64,000 nt of DNA, from NCBI GenBank assembly GCA_963920595.1, contig OY986947.1, forward strand, positions 3,224,001 to 3,288,000, given 5' to 3'. Made by a program: the position numbers and the translations under genes. The stretch is from Eimeria praecox (taxonomy: Eukaryota). The notes below the pieces were generated by a model. That model was given only the letters and a program-made list of their open reading frames with translations. It did not search any database and had not been told where the DNA came from. Below are positions 43,251 through 58,100 of this stretch, piece after piece; positions within the stretch are counted from its first letter, which is position 1; each line of letters begins with the position of its first letter.

Positions 43251-46200
43251 CGGCAGCTTCAGCTATTCTGCTTTCTTCATTCGGTTTTACCATGCTCCCT
43301 TGCTGCCACGTGTTCTGTTCCTTACAGACTTGTGGACAAATCTACGTTGCCGCAAGTGTAAAGAAACCTGCGTTGGCCCAGTGCCGTTCGGAAAGGAGAT
43401 GTCCATGCTCAAGTGAAGCCACTACTGCCGTGCATGATATTCTAAGGGTATAGCCTAGAGTGCATTTTGAAGACAAAATTAAACATCAGCCGATTCTGAC
43501 AAATTCTGGCTCTTCTTTGACTGCCCCAGGTTCGTGAAAGCACCTGCCTAATTGGGAAGATTTCAACAAGATTAGTGATTTCTCATGAATTGCCCATACG
43601 GACGGAAACATTTTTGTCTGCGAGTTGCGGAGACACTGCTCGCTCCAAACTAGGCGCGCAGCAGTTGGTAGCCTGACCGCCAACGGCCCAAACTTAGTCA
43701 ATCTCTAATCTGTAGACGAGGAAGCGGCTGAGTTTTCGACAACGTTTTAGACGACAAAATGATTTGTGTTCCAACTGTGCCCAGCGCGCCTGTTGGCTGC
43801 ACCTGGTTTTCGTGAGCTCTTTCATCTAGCCTTTAACTATATTGAAGCTTGCGGCAGTCATCATCAAAGAGACTCTGCATACATGTGGGGCTGCTTTTCA
43901 TCGCCAGCTGCAGCAAGGTGGACTGCAGCTCACAAGAAACCGGTTCTCCCGGTTCTCCAACGCACCAGCCTCATGCTTTTCGGCCGCTCTATTCAGGAAG
44001 CCTAAAGACTGGAAGGGAGGTCAGATGGCTTCGCGGTACTCTTGCTCTTAGCCTTTTACCACATTAAGGCTCGCGGCAGTCATCAGTTAGCAGCGAGGAC
44101 CGTCGGTGCCCCTACCGCAACGGAAGATCTGTTCAAGAATACAAGAGCACCATAGCCAGTTGTTATATACCTCTTTGAACAAGATTTGGATTACAGTGGT
44201 CACTATTAACACAAACATGTGTGCACGCATCTACTACTGATAGGCGCTGCTGTACCTGGTATCGAAGAGAGCTGTTTCGACGCTTACGCAGGAGGAAAGC
44301 ACGGGCTCTGCCTAGCCTTAACCCATTTAAACTAAATTATTTTAGGGGGCATATTTTAGGTAGAAGAGGAGGCATGTGTGCAAGATCTGTTATACATCTG
44401 TAATAATTTACAGGCCTCAAGCAACAAAGGCTACTGGCGCTACTACTGCAACGAAGACGGCTACAGTTGCTGCCAGGATATTAATAATGAAAATGCAAAG
44501 TATGTGAATTAACAGCAGAGGATAGACGGCGTTTTGGGGAGCCTATTGCAATGCTATCTTTACTCGACTCGCAAATCGGGAGAATGGAAGAGCGAAAGCG
44601 CTAGGCACCACTTATTTAAGAGCCAGGACTATAGAAAAGACAAGGCAAAAATAAAGGAAGAAGAGGAAGAAGGGAGCAAAACGTTGAATTTATAGTCATA
44701 CGCTTGCATTTGGCACGACCAGGAGGACAGTCCCTATTTTCGAAGCGCTCAGGAGCGGAAAAAAACGGCTTTACAATAGTTTGTTCTCAGGCCTTCCGCC
44801 GAGTAAAAAGAATATTCTGGATTGGATTCCATTTGTAAAGAATATTCTATGGAAGTCGCCGATGCATTAAGAGAAGGACTGCTCGTGAAGTGCTGTAGCA
44901 CCTCCCGAGCAGGCTCACGTACATCGTTGCACGAGCAACATGATTCCGAACTTCTAATCACATTAACTTGTATGAAAACAAGAATTTGACAAGGAATGCT
45001 AAAAATCGGAAGATGGAGCAGTTCCGATTTCGGTCTGCAAAGATGAAATTTCAGAGATAGAAATGGAGCACGTGAACGCGGGGGTCCGTATGTATTTTGG
45101 GTGTAAAAGGTCGGCTGCACAGGTCTGCGTTAGATGATGCACAAGGCAGTGGCAAGTCGTTTTTTCTGCATACCTTATTAGAAAAGAACGCTTAATGAAG
45201 GACCGCATCCGTTGCCTCCATCATCGCCGTTTGGGGGCAAGGAGAGACCCTCATCACCGGGAAGTACGGACTACGTATGTGGTCGCCGCATGCTTCTATC
45301 TAGACTGTAGAATAGTTAAGCATTCAGTAACTAAATTAAGTTGGTTAATTCGAATTATTAATATAATGGTTATCAACCGGTCATGTACATTTGCAGCAGC
45401 AGCAGCACCAGCACCAGCTGCAGCGGGAGACAGCAGCCGCGGCAGCACACACCCGCCCCCCAAACATCAAGGCGCCCCGCTGCTTCGTGACCCCTCTGCA
45501 GGTTGGTGATTCAGTCTATTTATATTTTGCGTTGTTTTAATTTTGTAGATGCGTTTGATGGGGTATCCATACGCCCGAAAGCCACTCGTTACTGCGGGCC
45601 TTAAGCACGAGCATTACCGCCCTGCTCTTGTCTCGGGTTGCTGTGGCAGTTTCTTTTCCCTTTTGTCTCTTAGTTGTCTCACGAAGGCATAATAAATGGA
45701 AGGTGTATCTGGCATTTGTGTGCTTACTGGATAAGCTGTTTGCCTCTAGGCCCCATGTTCGTGTTGCGCCGGGCATTGTCGGCCTTCGACTTGGGGCAGA
45801 GGCGAGGATTCCACCTGTTCCCCTGCCGTTCTCGGAGGGTTTTAAGACCTTATTTGGCTCTCAACGCCTTTTCCATGTGCTACCCCCTCCTTATCTCTAC
45901 AGCCGAAGCCCGGTGCCCTAGCGCTCAAACTGACTTGTATCGCCCTACGGGCCGCGCACCCCGCCCGTAGCCTCGTGCATGGCCGCCTACTTTTACTCCC
46001 TTCATTCCCTTCTTATCAAATTGCGTCTTCGTAATTATTCTTGGCTGCGCTTCCTTTAGTTCTGGTGGACCAGAAGGACAAGACAACCAGAGCAGTACCA
46101 GCATCTGCAACAACCCCCGCGTGTTTTCCTTCTGTGCTCGGTGGAACGAGCGTGGAAGACACAGCCAGGGTGTAGGAGTATCTCAAGGCGATATCAACTC

Positions 46201-46500
46201 TCCTGTTTCAGCAAGCTTCATGTCCACCAGGGGCGCGTGTTGACAAAGTACTTCTCTATGAGCCCGATTGAATTTATATGTGTATGTGTGTCTGTCTCCA
46301 TACGTGTGTAGTATGCTAGGCAACTAGTTGCTCAAGCGCACCATTTGTTATATAAGCGTATCTGCAGTGTGTGTTTCATCTCTTTGTTATTTCCATTACA
46401 TGATCTTTCAAAATATACATCATACCTTTGAGATTAATTTTAAAGGGGGATATTTGTAGCTCATTTTATAAGGAAGTGTAGTGGCGGTGCAAATGCACGC

Positions 46501-49500
46501 ATGAGAATGGCCATACAAGAAGCGGCAGCAGCAACAGCAACCACAGCTGAAACCAATTCCAGCATCGGCGGCAAGTCGTGGGACTTCTTGTACCCTCCGC
46601 ACTTTTTGGGTGAAGCGTTAAAGCAGATTCAGGGGTCTCTGCAGGACACCGAAGCAAGGGAAGGTGCACAAACAGGAACAATAAAGGAAAAGCAGCAGCA
46701 GCAGCAGCAGCACCAGATGCTAACCCAACAGGAACGGCAGCAAAGTCAACTCCTGCTGCAGGCGGCACCTGCCCCTCCACCGACGCCGCTCAGGCGAAAT
46801 GATGAAGGGCAGCAAAGCACAGAGGGGGAGGGGCCGCTGCAGGAGCCAAGCATACAGCAGCAGCAGATCCAGCCACAGCAGCAGCAGCTTATACAGCTAC
46901 AGCAGGTGCAGCGCCTCCAGCTGCAACAGTGTACACCACCTGCCCCCTCCGAGTTGCAGAGATCTCCAGCCCATCGAACGGGCCTTGTAAGTTAACAGCA
47001 TTCCCTGTTCTGCTGCTTCATGCTGCTGCAGTGCAGCAACAAGGGCAATACCACCGAAAAATGCAACCTTGAGTTGAACGCGTAGTGATTAGATTTCTTT
47101 GTGTGCTTGCTTGTGTAGGCAAAAGCCAGTATCCCTGGCTGGGGGTCCCCTACCGCCTCTGCAGCTCCGCCTGGGGGTGCTGCTGGTGCCGCTTCTCCTG
47201 CGGCGGCAGCGACAACAGCCGCAGCAGCAGTAGACAGTCCGTGCGCTTTGGCCTTCCTGTCTGGCTTGCCTCATGCCTATTCCCCTACCTCGCAGGGGTC
47301 AACAGCACCACCACAGACTCCGCAGGGAGAACTGGGGTTCGATGCTGCTGCTGCCAGCGCCTCCACAGCGCCTGCCGCCAAGGATGATTCATTGAAACAA
47401 GCTTATGCCCATCCCAATCAGCAGCAAATGCTGCCCTTTGTACCGCCACAGCACAACGAAACGTTTTCCGCCTCTCTTGAGTTCATGGGGTGGGAACAGC
47501 AGCAAGGAAGTTCAAGCGCTACAGCAGCAGTTGCTGCGGCAGCAGCCACCCAAGAGCATCAAAACCAAAGCAGCAATATTTTGCAGCTGCCAACTGTGGA
47601 GAGACCGAGCTCTTGCAACGCGAGCAGCTATTGCAGCGACGCTTCCTGTGGAGCGGCACGCGCGCCGGAAGAGAGGCCTGCACTGCCTTCGTGTTCCTCA
47701 GGCGTAGCCGTGGCGGGAACCGCAAATCCAACAGCATCAACACAAGCCTGGCACTGCTCCTGGCCAGATGATGCCCTAAGCAATTCAATGTGCCTGAGCG
47801 ACAGCCTGTCCCTCAGTAGTAGCCTGGTCGAACCAGCCTGCCTGAGCGACTCCTTTTCAACTGTTGCTTCTGCTGCTTCCACTGGTAGAAGCAGCCAGGG
47901 ATCGGTGGGAAAGAACCTTGACGTGACCTGCAGCGCCGCGCAGGTCCTGCAATCAGCAGCACCGGCAACAGGAGTAGCTCCGCTTTGCGGAAAAGATGCT
48001 GAAGAAGTGCTTTCTCCGGAAGGACTTGAAAGGCACACTGATTTGCCAGCAGCCATAGCGGCAGACGATGCTCCTACACCTGTGCCATCTGTCCCAAGGC
48101 GGGCTTTGTGGCCATCTGCCGAGCAGCAGCAGCAACAGCGCATGCAGCAGCAGTATCTCAGGGGACAGCAGCACTTGATTTGCCCCATTGAGAGCCAGCT
48201 CGCCTCAGTCTTTGCATTGCCGGAGGAACAGCAGCAACACCAACAGCGACAGCAACAGCAGAGAACTTCATTTTACAAGGAGCTTGCATCCAAGCAAAAG
48301 CATCTAAAGCAGCATTTGATTCCTGCAAGCCAGCAGCAGTCCCAGTTATTGCACCCTTCGGTTGAACGTCTTGTTTCACAGCAAGACCAGGAACAACAAC
48401 AACAGCAGCTGGATAATCTGTTGATGTTTGGGCAGCACGTGCAACGCGAACACAGCAGCTCTTGCTGCCTTCAGCAGGGGGCAACCACCGCCAACCAGCA
48501 GCAGCAGCAGCATTATCATCAAGGGTGTCTGTGCAAGGGGCGAGAGGAGACTGCCAAGCATGCCTCAGCTGCAGCCGCAGCTAAGAGGGTCTCTGCACTG
48601 CTGCCGCGTCTCCCCCCCTGTCTACCTATTTTGACGCCAGGCCTGGATCGTTCATGCGACCGCTCTCACCTCACGTCCTTACTTATTACACTCCCCCTGA
48701 ATCTTCCTTTTGGCCGCATTCTGAAGTTCGGCTCTGGAGAGCCTGGCACCGCTGCCAGCTCTGCTGCTTTCGCAAGCAACGGCAGCACCCAAAGTCTAGG
48801 TGTCAAAAAGAGCTACTACATCTTCTCACCTACTCTGCATCCGGCCGCCCATACGCTGTTTTCGCACGCCGGAGGGATTTGCGACACCTTTGCGGCTTCA
48901 CTGCAGATGGAGCTGGCAATCATCTATGTCCCATGCCTTCTGGTACCCCTTGTTGCTGCTGCTTTCAATACACTCGGACAGAACCTACTGCCGCAGCTGC
49001 ATGAACCGCTGAAGCTCCGCTGCTGGGGACTGCAAGAACGAAGTGCGCCTGGCAGGTTCGGCGGAAAGGTTCTCACTGTCAGCTGCTCAGTGGAAGGTGT
49101 AAGCGAAATCCGTCAATCTCACGTTTTAGTGTTTCTGATACACAGATCTGAGCTCAAGTGAATGAGGGTTCTGGGCCATTTAGCTCTCCTGCACTTGAGT
49201 GGCAGAGGAAGTGCGCTCCTCCTCGTGTTCATGACACCTGAGGGGGTGGCTGACGTTTGAGGTTCTACACACGTAGCTCTCAAGGAGTTGTTTGTGCACA
49301 TCCGTTGGTATATTGGAGCTGGTTTTGGTGCTGTATCATGGGTATACTAGTAATTTATACACTACCTGGCTGCCTCGTGCCTGACTGATTTATGCATCTC
49401 ATTTCTTTAATCGTGCTCTCGGCCTGCAGCATCGCTTCCTTGCTATCTGTGCCTAGTGTGACTCCATGGCGGCCACTTCGTTTGGCTCTAGGGTTGGCCC

Positions 49501-52500
49501 CCTGACAGCTTGCCGGCCATATCTCTGGTGAAGCAATTCCTTTTGCTGCATGCCCACAGTTTGGTTTAGCAAAGTAGCTGTTATCGCTCCATACACTCGC
49601 GATGCGTTTGGTCACTTGCTGGCAGTTCATCTGGTGAAGCGACTCCGCCTGCTGGCTAGCCAACGCTTGGTTTAACGGGCACGGAACTAATCTCGTTTCA
49701 TACTCTCCTCTTTGTTTTCCCAGTCAAAGTTTGTCTTTCTCCTATGGCAGTTCTCACAGTTTGGCGGCATGTCTCCACATTCTGCTTCGCGAGAGTCCTG
49801 TCCTGTGTTTTGGCCTCTTTTAAAGGACGAAGAACGCTCAAAGTTTGAGAGGCTCCAATCATTTCTGCGCCACCTGGAAAACTACGTGGAGGGGCTTTTG
49901 AGGATTTACGGACAGCAGCAACAGCAACAGGTAGACGGCAAACGACTGAGGGCTGGAGAGGGCACGGCAGCCACAAGTGCTACTGCAACAGCCACAACCC
50001 AGGGTAGATCATCCTGCTGCCGAAGGCACAAAGGCACTGGACAACAAACAGCCGTCGGTGAGTGCTACTGGCCCTGCAGCTGGTATCCAGAAGCAAAAGG
50101 AGAGGGGCAGTGCATCTACGAACGCGTGCACAGTGACAGCGACCAATTGTTTGCTCCTTGCTCCAGCATGATCTGTGGCGAGTTGACATATTCTTGCCGC
50201 TTCCGGTTTGCAGGTAAGAAGAACAACATCTGGCGTTACTCAATAGTGGGCACATCTCGCACCTCCGAGCAGACGGAGCTAAACAACAACGGTAGCGGCA
50301 GTAGCAGCGGATGCCTGGACCTGACCATTCGAGCATTTGAGACCCGGCCTCTGGACAGGCCAGTGAAGGAATTTTCCGGATACGCTGTTAAAGGGATCTG
50401 CACAAGCGAGATCAGGCTTGTTACCACGAAGGCAATACAAGGAATGACATGCGAGGTAGCGAAAGCCAAACCCTTAACCCTGGCTGAGCAGTGCATTGTA
50501 GAGGCACCAGGATACTGTTTGTGGTCCTGGCTTTATAGAGTCTGAGTATGCAATGTTCGTTAGAAACCGGTAAAGCAAGGCGTATGCGGACGCTAAAGGC
50601 GCCTTGATGCCTATATTATGCTTGCCAAGCTCCAGCACGCCATACCTTCATATACAGTTTTGGATGTGGAGCTTGTGCATGGCTCAGATAGACCCTCGGT
50701 TCCGTCATTACAGCATTGGAACTCGCCCAATTCTGAAAGCACCTTCAGGAGCCCTCTGCCGCCACTGTATTGCACCGCAGCTCTTGCCGGAAGTTTGGGA
50801 GGCTCATCTACGCAGCGGGATTCCAGCAGCCAGGGACCAGCAGAAGAAGCTCACAGAGACGTGCGTCATTGCGCACATTGAAAATAGATCCCTTGCAAAG
50901 AAGGCTGCCTTGCTGGAATCTCTTGGCCGCTTGGGAGTGCCTCTGTGGGTTAACGGAAAGCCCCTCACGCACCCAGCTGTTATACACCCGGCTGTCGTTG
51001 CCACTGATGGAGATGCAGCGGCAGCGCCTGCCACAGGGGAGATTGAAGGGGGGGAAAGCAAAGAATCGGATGCAATGAAACCTCACGTGAAAGCCCAGCA
51101 TGAGCAAGTGTTGCACCAGCTCAACCTTTTGAGCGTAGACACTGGTGATGCGCGGCAGGGTCAGGAACAGCAGCAGTTCAAGCTTTGTGGCGCTGTGGCC
51201 GAGCAGCAACAGAAACAACAGCAGCCGAAACAGCAGCAGCAGCAGACCCCAAAAGCATCACGGGCAAGCCGGCAACAACAGCGAAGGGGACAGGTGGCTC
51301 GTGGCACACAACAACAGGCGCAGCAGCAGCAGGCCCTGTGCGGTCAGCTGGCGTCCACATCCGTCTGCCAAGGACAAACTGATGAGCGCTTGCTCGCTGC
51401 AAGTGCAGTAACAGCAAATGCTGCTTCCGCATCTCACACAGAAGGAGCTTCTGCAGTCAATGCTGTTCCTCATGGGGGACGGCGGGCTTCTTCTAATCAG
51501 CTAAAGCACCTCCCAAAGGAGAGACTGCAGATTCAGCAGCAGGAACAGTTGCGGCTTCTCTCTAGCCCTTCAGCAGCGGAGGAGCAAATGTTTCACTTGC
51601 AGCAACAGTCGCACGAGGCACGCGGATCTGGCAGTGAATTTCTTCGGCTGGCTCAAGAGGTGTGGAAGGGAATGCGCCCGATGCACCAGCAACTGCAGCA
51701 ACAGCAGCATCAACAGCAGCAGCTGCAGCAGCTACATCAACTCCAGCAGCTCCAACAGCTGCACGAAGTGCAACAGATGCACCAACACGAGCTGCAGCAG
51801 CAGCAGCAACGCCCAGGGCCCCTAGATCTAGCTGTAGGGGGAGGTTCTTGTGCCAGATTTCCATCATCAGGGGGCTGGCAACAGACTCCGCAGCAGCAGC
51901 TGAACCCCTTTACAGAAAGCCCACCGTCTTCTGTAGGCCTTGTATCTGGCGAATTGCAGCAGCGGCAGCAGGAGCACGTGCAAGAACTACAGCCACAGCA
52001 GCAACAACAGCAGCAGCAGGTGCAGGAGCTTGCGTACGGCGAAGCTGAGTGCCCCCTAAATGCAGTTGCCTCTTTGCCTGAGATCAAAGGACGGCTTCCG
52101 CTACAGCAGCAGCAGCTTCAGCAGCTTTGGATACCTAGTAGCTTTACCGAAGCGGCAGAGCATCATCAGGTCGTCCCTTGCACACAAACTGCGTTTCATT
52201 GCCCTTTACGTCGTTAATACCCACTGGCCTGGCTGCCGAAGTGCTTGTGATTCTGTTCACTTCGGTCGATCGACGGGGAACGCATCTTACCAATAACTGC
52301 TTTTTTTGCTTTCCGTTGCAGGGAGATGAACACTCGCTCTGGGGGCCTGGCATCATCTCGAATGCCTCCCAGCAGCAGCGGCAGCCCCATCAGCAAAGCA
52401 TTAGCGCGTTGCACCAGCATCTTCAGCGTCAACAGCTCCAGGTTCAACAGGACAGATATCAGCAGGGCGCGCAGAAGATTGTAGGGCAACAAGGGGCTAG

Positions 52501-52783
52501 ATTGCGTGTGGCAGGCGCAGCCTGCCTGGGCGTGGGCCTCCAGCAATCGCGCAGTTGGGAACAACAGCGCACTCTCCTGATACCTGGCTCTGAGCACGAA
52601 CAACAACAGCAGGTCATGTTGCAGCGACAGCAGCAACATCAACAGCAGCAACAGCAGCAGCAAAATCAGCCTCCGCTCTTCTTTCCAACTGTATCACACG
52701 AGGACCTAGTCACGGAAGAGCAGCAACAGCAACAGGGCGTCGTGCAACTGGAGCCAATGCAGTGGCTGGCCATCCCAAATTAA
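46501..52783 (+). CDS. Large Gln-rich hypothetical protein; approximately join(46501..46986,47119..49098,49751..50497,50688..52169,52322..52783), with a possible extra intron at about 50058-50213
   Basis: Long ORFs linked by phase-0 GT-AG introns. A globular-looking core at 48600-50990 (KKSYYIFSPTLHP...FWPLLKDEERSKFERL...IDPRFRHYSIG) is flanked by poly-Q. No family recognised. Confidence 0.75.
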
Positions 52784-55143
52784 GGGTTCCCCTCAAAAGC
52801 GGCCCAGCAGCAGGTGCAGCACGGCAGCAAACTAACAGCGTTTTTATAAATATCACCACAGAAAAGCAAGAGCAAGTGCAGCGTGAAGGGACTTAATCAA
52901 GGGAGCCGTGCGATGCGTACAGATGATGCATAAGACTGCAGTGGCAAGTAGGCAAGTGGCATGCGCCTTTGGGCAGCAGTGATCCAGATGCTCTCTCCTC
53001 TACAGGCAAGAGCAGATACAGTTACTTCTCTTTCAATGGCAGCACAGTACCTGCAACCGAAGCAGCAGCAATGATCACAGCGGCACAGCTGTAGGGTTGC
53101 AAAAGGAGGCCCATGGGGACTATCGGGATCATGAATTTTAATTTTGGGGTTGAGTGGGAGGTGTCAGACGAGGTACAGTACAGAGAGAGGCACGGCAGCG
53201 ATCGAGTCGTGAGGAGGGTCCTCATGCATTCGCTGCTATGTGTCTCTGGTGTATTCACCAGGGATTTCGCAGGGGAAAACTATCAGCAGATGATGCAGCA
53301 TCAACTGGTGCAGTGCCATCAGGGAATACCTGATATCCGATGCATTACCGGACTGGGATTGACCATTCCCAAACAAATTTCTGCCGCCTACCTGCCTTCT
53401 TGCAAGGCTGCCTGCACAGTTATTGGCTAGCCGTTTGGCTAGCTTGGGTAGCACGATCTCATTTTGGCCATTTGGAGTTTTCGTGGTCCATTTTTCACAC
53501 AACCCGAGATGCATGTCATGAAGCATGCTCCAGACTTCGCATTTGTGCGCCATTCGGTGCCACTTGAGGGCTACACGTTCGCCAGCAGCGATAGTCCAGT
53601 CGGTGCAACAGCAGTTCTCCAGTAGCAGCAGGACTGTTGTTCTAAAAGAGGGCACAGCAGGCTACGCACCAGCAGCAGCCTGCCTGCGTTAACAATTGGT
53701 TGCTTCAGGAGGAGCATGAGGAGCAACAGCTTGATTTTTGTGAGTTTTTGATGGACGCTCGCCACTCCAAGGCGTTTGTTCCTGAACAGTATAGCAGATG
53801 TGTGCTGCGGCTTTCTACAATCGCTGCTGCTCTGGAGCCAAACTGAGAAGGTGGATAGTAGCATGCAGAAGCCATCGTTCCACTGCACGCAGTAACCGTC
53901 GCCAGGTGCAGCCCAGTGCCCACAGCAGCTACAGTTTATGCCAACAGATTAGCACGATCAAAGGGAAAGCATACTTTACAGTGGGCTTCTCCCCCGCTGC
54001 GGGCACGCGTGCGCTACCTAAGCTGCGCCCGCAGTGGTGCCGTGCAAGCAACAGTTTTTGCTGGCGTTATCTGGGGCCCTCTGTATAGGATGTCGGAATA
54101 CAGAGAGCCTCAACAGAGAGCCTCAACCCGGCAACCGGGAATCTGTGTAAGGACTGGTGCGAACACGGTGAGGTACTGAGAGGAACGATGTGTAGGGGGA
54201 CCGTTGAAGATACAAAAGGGAATTGAGTGTCCAGTAGTTGGGCACTAAGAGCACAGAAAACGTACATGCGCAATGCGTCACACAATGCACTAAGGTTACC
54301 TGTTTACAAAGAGTGACAGTGTGCGAAGCGATCCGCGTCGCACATTACATGGTGGGCTTGCTACGACGTGCGCACAGTCCCTGGCAACTATTAACACCTG
54401 AGGCATTCAGTGCCCGTACTTTTGTTTAGCCAGTTTATAGACTTTCCTGGACCTCAAAGGCGCTTCCATGAGCTGCACGCTGCTGCAAAGTAAGAGATGC
54501 TTCAGACCAACCAGTTTAGTTCATGAGCTGCTTTTAGTGCCATACAGGAGTACCTCAGAAAGCATGGAGGGCCTACTCTTCTGTTTGAGCGAACGTTCTG
54601 CTGAAGCCCTGCTTATACACACTGACCAGTAGCGCCATTACTCACGTCAGCCATTCACGGTCAGTACGGTACGTTAGGTCCTTTTGTTTCTCCCAAGTAT
54701 GGAATCGCTGCGCAGAAATTACTGTATACGCATGTGATACTGCACATAATAGGAGCTCATGCCTGAGGTGTTATGGTGAGTTCGACGGGCAAGATTAGAT
54801 CACCGTGGTCCTCCAAACGCTTCAACGACGAAAACAACACCAGCGACCAAGCTTAAATGCTGATGCTCCGCAGGTATTGCGGAGTAGCCTAGAAGAATGG
54901 GGGGCCACACGCCTAATCGGTTTACAGGTTCCTGATGCAGGCGCTTACGAATGCTTGGGCCGTGAAGACCATCTCCCCAAGGTCTTTAAAATCTCGTAGG
55001 GTGTCTACAGAGTAACGGTTTATGATTAATGCCAATTCCTACCTCAGTTCAAGCATGAATAGTGAGCAGGCAATAACCTAATACGTTGAACTTAGCAACG
55101 GAAGAGGTATTTAGTATTGCGAACTGCTTGCTGAATGGCTCTT

Positions 55144-58100
55144 CTACTTGCCGTATGCCTTACGTCCTCGAATGTGTACGGGTGAATGTGCGCCTTGGCC
55201 AATGTGTCGTCGTTGCAGTTCGACGGTCAGCATAAGCCCCCCAAAGAGAGGTGACGCGCTTCCACTATCTGTTGAAGCGCCGAACTTAAGCACGTCGGCC
55301 TCCATAAGAAGAAACAAGATGCCAGAAGGCCAGTTCAACTGGTTAGCATGCGTCAAAATGAACTTCACTATATGCAGATATCTGCTTGCTTGCATGCACT
55401 TCCCAATGCTAGCAGTGCCTTTGTAGGCATGAGCTGCCTTGAGAGTGCTTCGGTGCAAGCATGTCGCTCCCTGCGACAGAAGGGGAATTTGCAGGCGTTT
55501 TTCGTAGCCTGTATAGCACACCCCTAAATGCAACTTGCGGTAATGCGCTCTGCGCCAATACTCTGTAGTAACCGTGGTAACTTCCTCAACAACCTTATTC
55601 GCGCGAGCCACCAAAACCTTCGCGCATGTGTCCATTGATCAGAGGGCGGTCCCAAATGCCATCTAGTAATTCCAATAACTGCACGATAGCACAAGAAGGC
55701 AAAGCCATATACTGGGTAGGTACGTCCCCAGCAAGCATTAAAATCTAGAGTGTCGCAAAACATCTCTGCGTCGCAATTCTGCTGATACGATGCTGCTGAT
55801 GCTTGTGCAAGCTGCTTAGGTCAAAAGCTAAAAACTCCTAATCGCTAAATTATGCACCCGTGAAGCTGGGATAACTAACCACGCGCAGTCGAATGTTCTT
55901 GGCATCTTTCGCTGAATAATTAGGCTTCCGTCCTTCCGCTATGCAGATGATGTTCTCCATACAAAAAGGGCCGCAGGCATTGGTAAGGTCCTTCTGAGAC
56001 GGAAAAAACGCAATAAGCAGAACGCCACACAATCCTTTCCATGCAAGAGCCACCGAAAGGCTATGGTGCACTCATATCGGTCCTGTCAGCCTACTCCTCC
56101 AAAAAAAGAAGCCCCCCCCGGTACAGCTTCAATTTGCCGTGGAAATCCTGGCTGCGCGCACACAACAGATTCGCAGTTCCACATGCAAGCGCATATCAAA
56201 TCTTGCCTGCATGCTTTGACTTGCCACCGCCGCGCAAGATGAAAGACAGAAGCAAGCTTACCTCTGGCACATGGGGAGAGGCTTTATACACCGGCACAGG
56301 CCCATCTGAACAGCACGGATAAACGAACGCACAAAGAAGAGTATGCATGTAGTAAGCAACGACCCTCCAAAAGTATAGATGGCTCCCGCATCCCAAGCAG
56401 AAGTCGAAAAACCAGCGGCAAGCACTGAAAGAGTTCCCTGGCATCATCTGTCGCTCTGGCAGAGCTGGCCAAGGCAAGGTGAAAGGCAGACTGCATACCA
56501 GCTGGATCGTGCAGTTGTTCAGCAACAAGTTTCAAAAACTGCACGACCGGGTCGTAGAAGCGTGGGGGGTGGGGAAGGCTATCTACAATAGAAACGCGAT
56601 GATTCCTGAGTCCCACAAATCCAGAACGCAGCAACCATCCAGCTGCCGTCAGCGCCGTCCTTGACACTTACAAATTCTAGAAGACATAACCAAGCAGGGG
56701 TCTTAAAGAATTAGCGCCGCCCGTTGGAATTCGGGAGTGCACCCCCCCACAGCTAGCTAACGGCCACAAGCAAGGAGGACGGTTAAAAAGAATGAATGGC
56801 TGCGCAACCCTACTCGACGTAGGAATTTTAGGGCTTAGGACAAGACAGAATGCTCACACTCGATCGATGACAGCAACGATATAGTGCCCCGTAGCGTTAT
56901 GGCCCGTGCGGCTATTCCAGTCCCCCAAAGGCGCCGTCATTGCAAAAATCACCATGTCAGCAGTTAAAGAGCGTTCGATGCTCGACTGAAAACGCCGTAC
57001 AAAGCACAAAGACGCTGCGGACCCCAGCAGTGAGCACGCGCCTTCGAGGTCAACGATACATGCGTCGTTTGTAAAATCAACCACAGCTATGACCAATGCG
57101 CCATCTTTAAAAATCAGGTCCGGCTACCCCGCAACCTGAAGGGCACAATCTGCTCAGTGAAACGGCTTACTCGATTCACCACCGGGGTTTTGCCTTCCTT
57201 CACGAACAGCTGCCAAGCAACGGAAAAGTCCACTGGATTGAGCACGGCTACTCTACTTTGCCTGCACACACACAAAACGGCAAGTGGAAACGTTGAAACG
57301 CCCGTCACCAGGCAGCAGGTGCAGGCGGCTGGCTCAAGTGTCAAACGCATTCGAGAATCCGCTCAGCTTTAGTGCGGTCAACCTCCACAAGGTTAGCACA
57401 CATGACTTCTTTAGTAGTCTCCAATCAGCACAGGACTCCACGGATCTACGCCCTATTCAGGCTGTAAATTCAGTAACGCATCTGCCATGCTCTGAAAGGG
57501 TGTCCAAGCGCCTAGTTTCAACTCACAGCCCCATGGCGACCCGCTGTTCGATATGTTCCTGCACAAAACGGGAGAAAAGCATCATCAGACCTAACTTAGG
57601 GGCCTGTCACAAGGATGTCTGGATACATCGTGTGGGCTGATGCTGCTTTTCAGGTCATGAAGGCTGTGTCTTCGGCGACGTACATTGACCAGATTGCTGT
57701 AGATCTGGAGCACCGACACATCGACCCATCCTCCACCTAAGAGGTCTTGAAGCAAACTTCTGATGCAGCACGTATCCAGTCCACACGCACAGCAACAGCG
57801 GCTGTCTTCTTTGCAGCTATCAGCAAAGCGCTGCCGCATCCCGCTGACACCCACTACCGCATGTATCACGGAAAGCGCCCCACAGTGTGTTATCATGGAT
57901 GCTTTGTGTGCTAAGCGGCTCGTGCTGCTGGCATGCCAAGAAAGCTTCCCCCACTGGTTAGAGCAGACTCACCTCGGAACAGGGAAGCCCTGGACAGTAA
58001 CTATGCCCTCAGGAGGACCTTGAAGCATCCCTTTGAAAGCTGAAGATCCCACAGCACAATCGCTTGAGAGCTTAATCGTTAGCGACAGGCGTCCCGAAGT

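Noticed and set aside
53000..55000. Short ORFs between the Gln-rich gene and locus B
   Set aside because: No motifs, no coherent splice chain, and lengths expected by chance.
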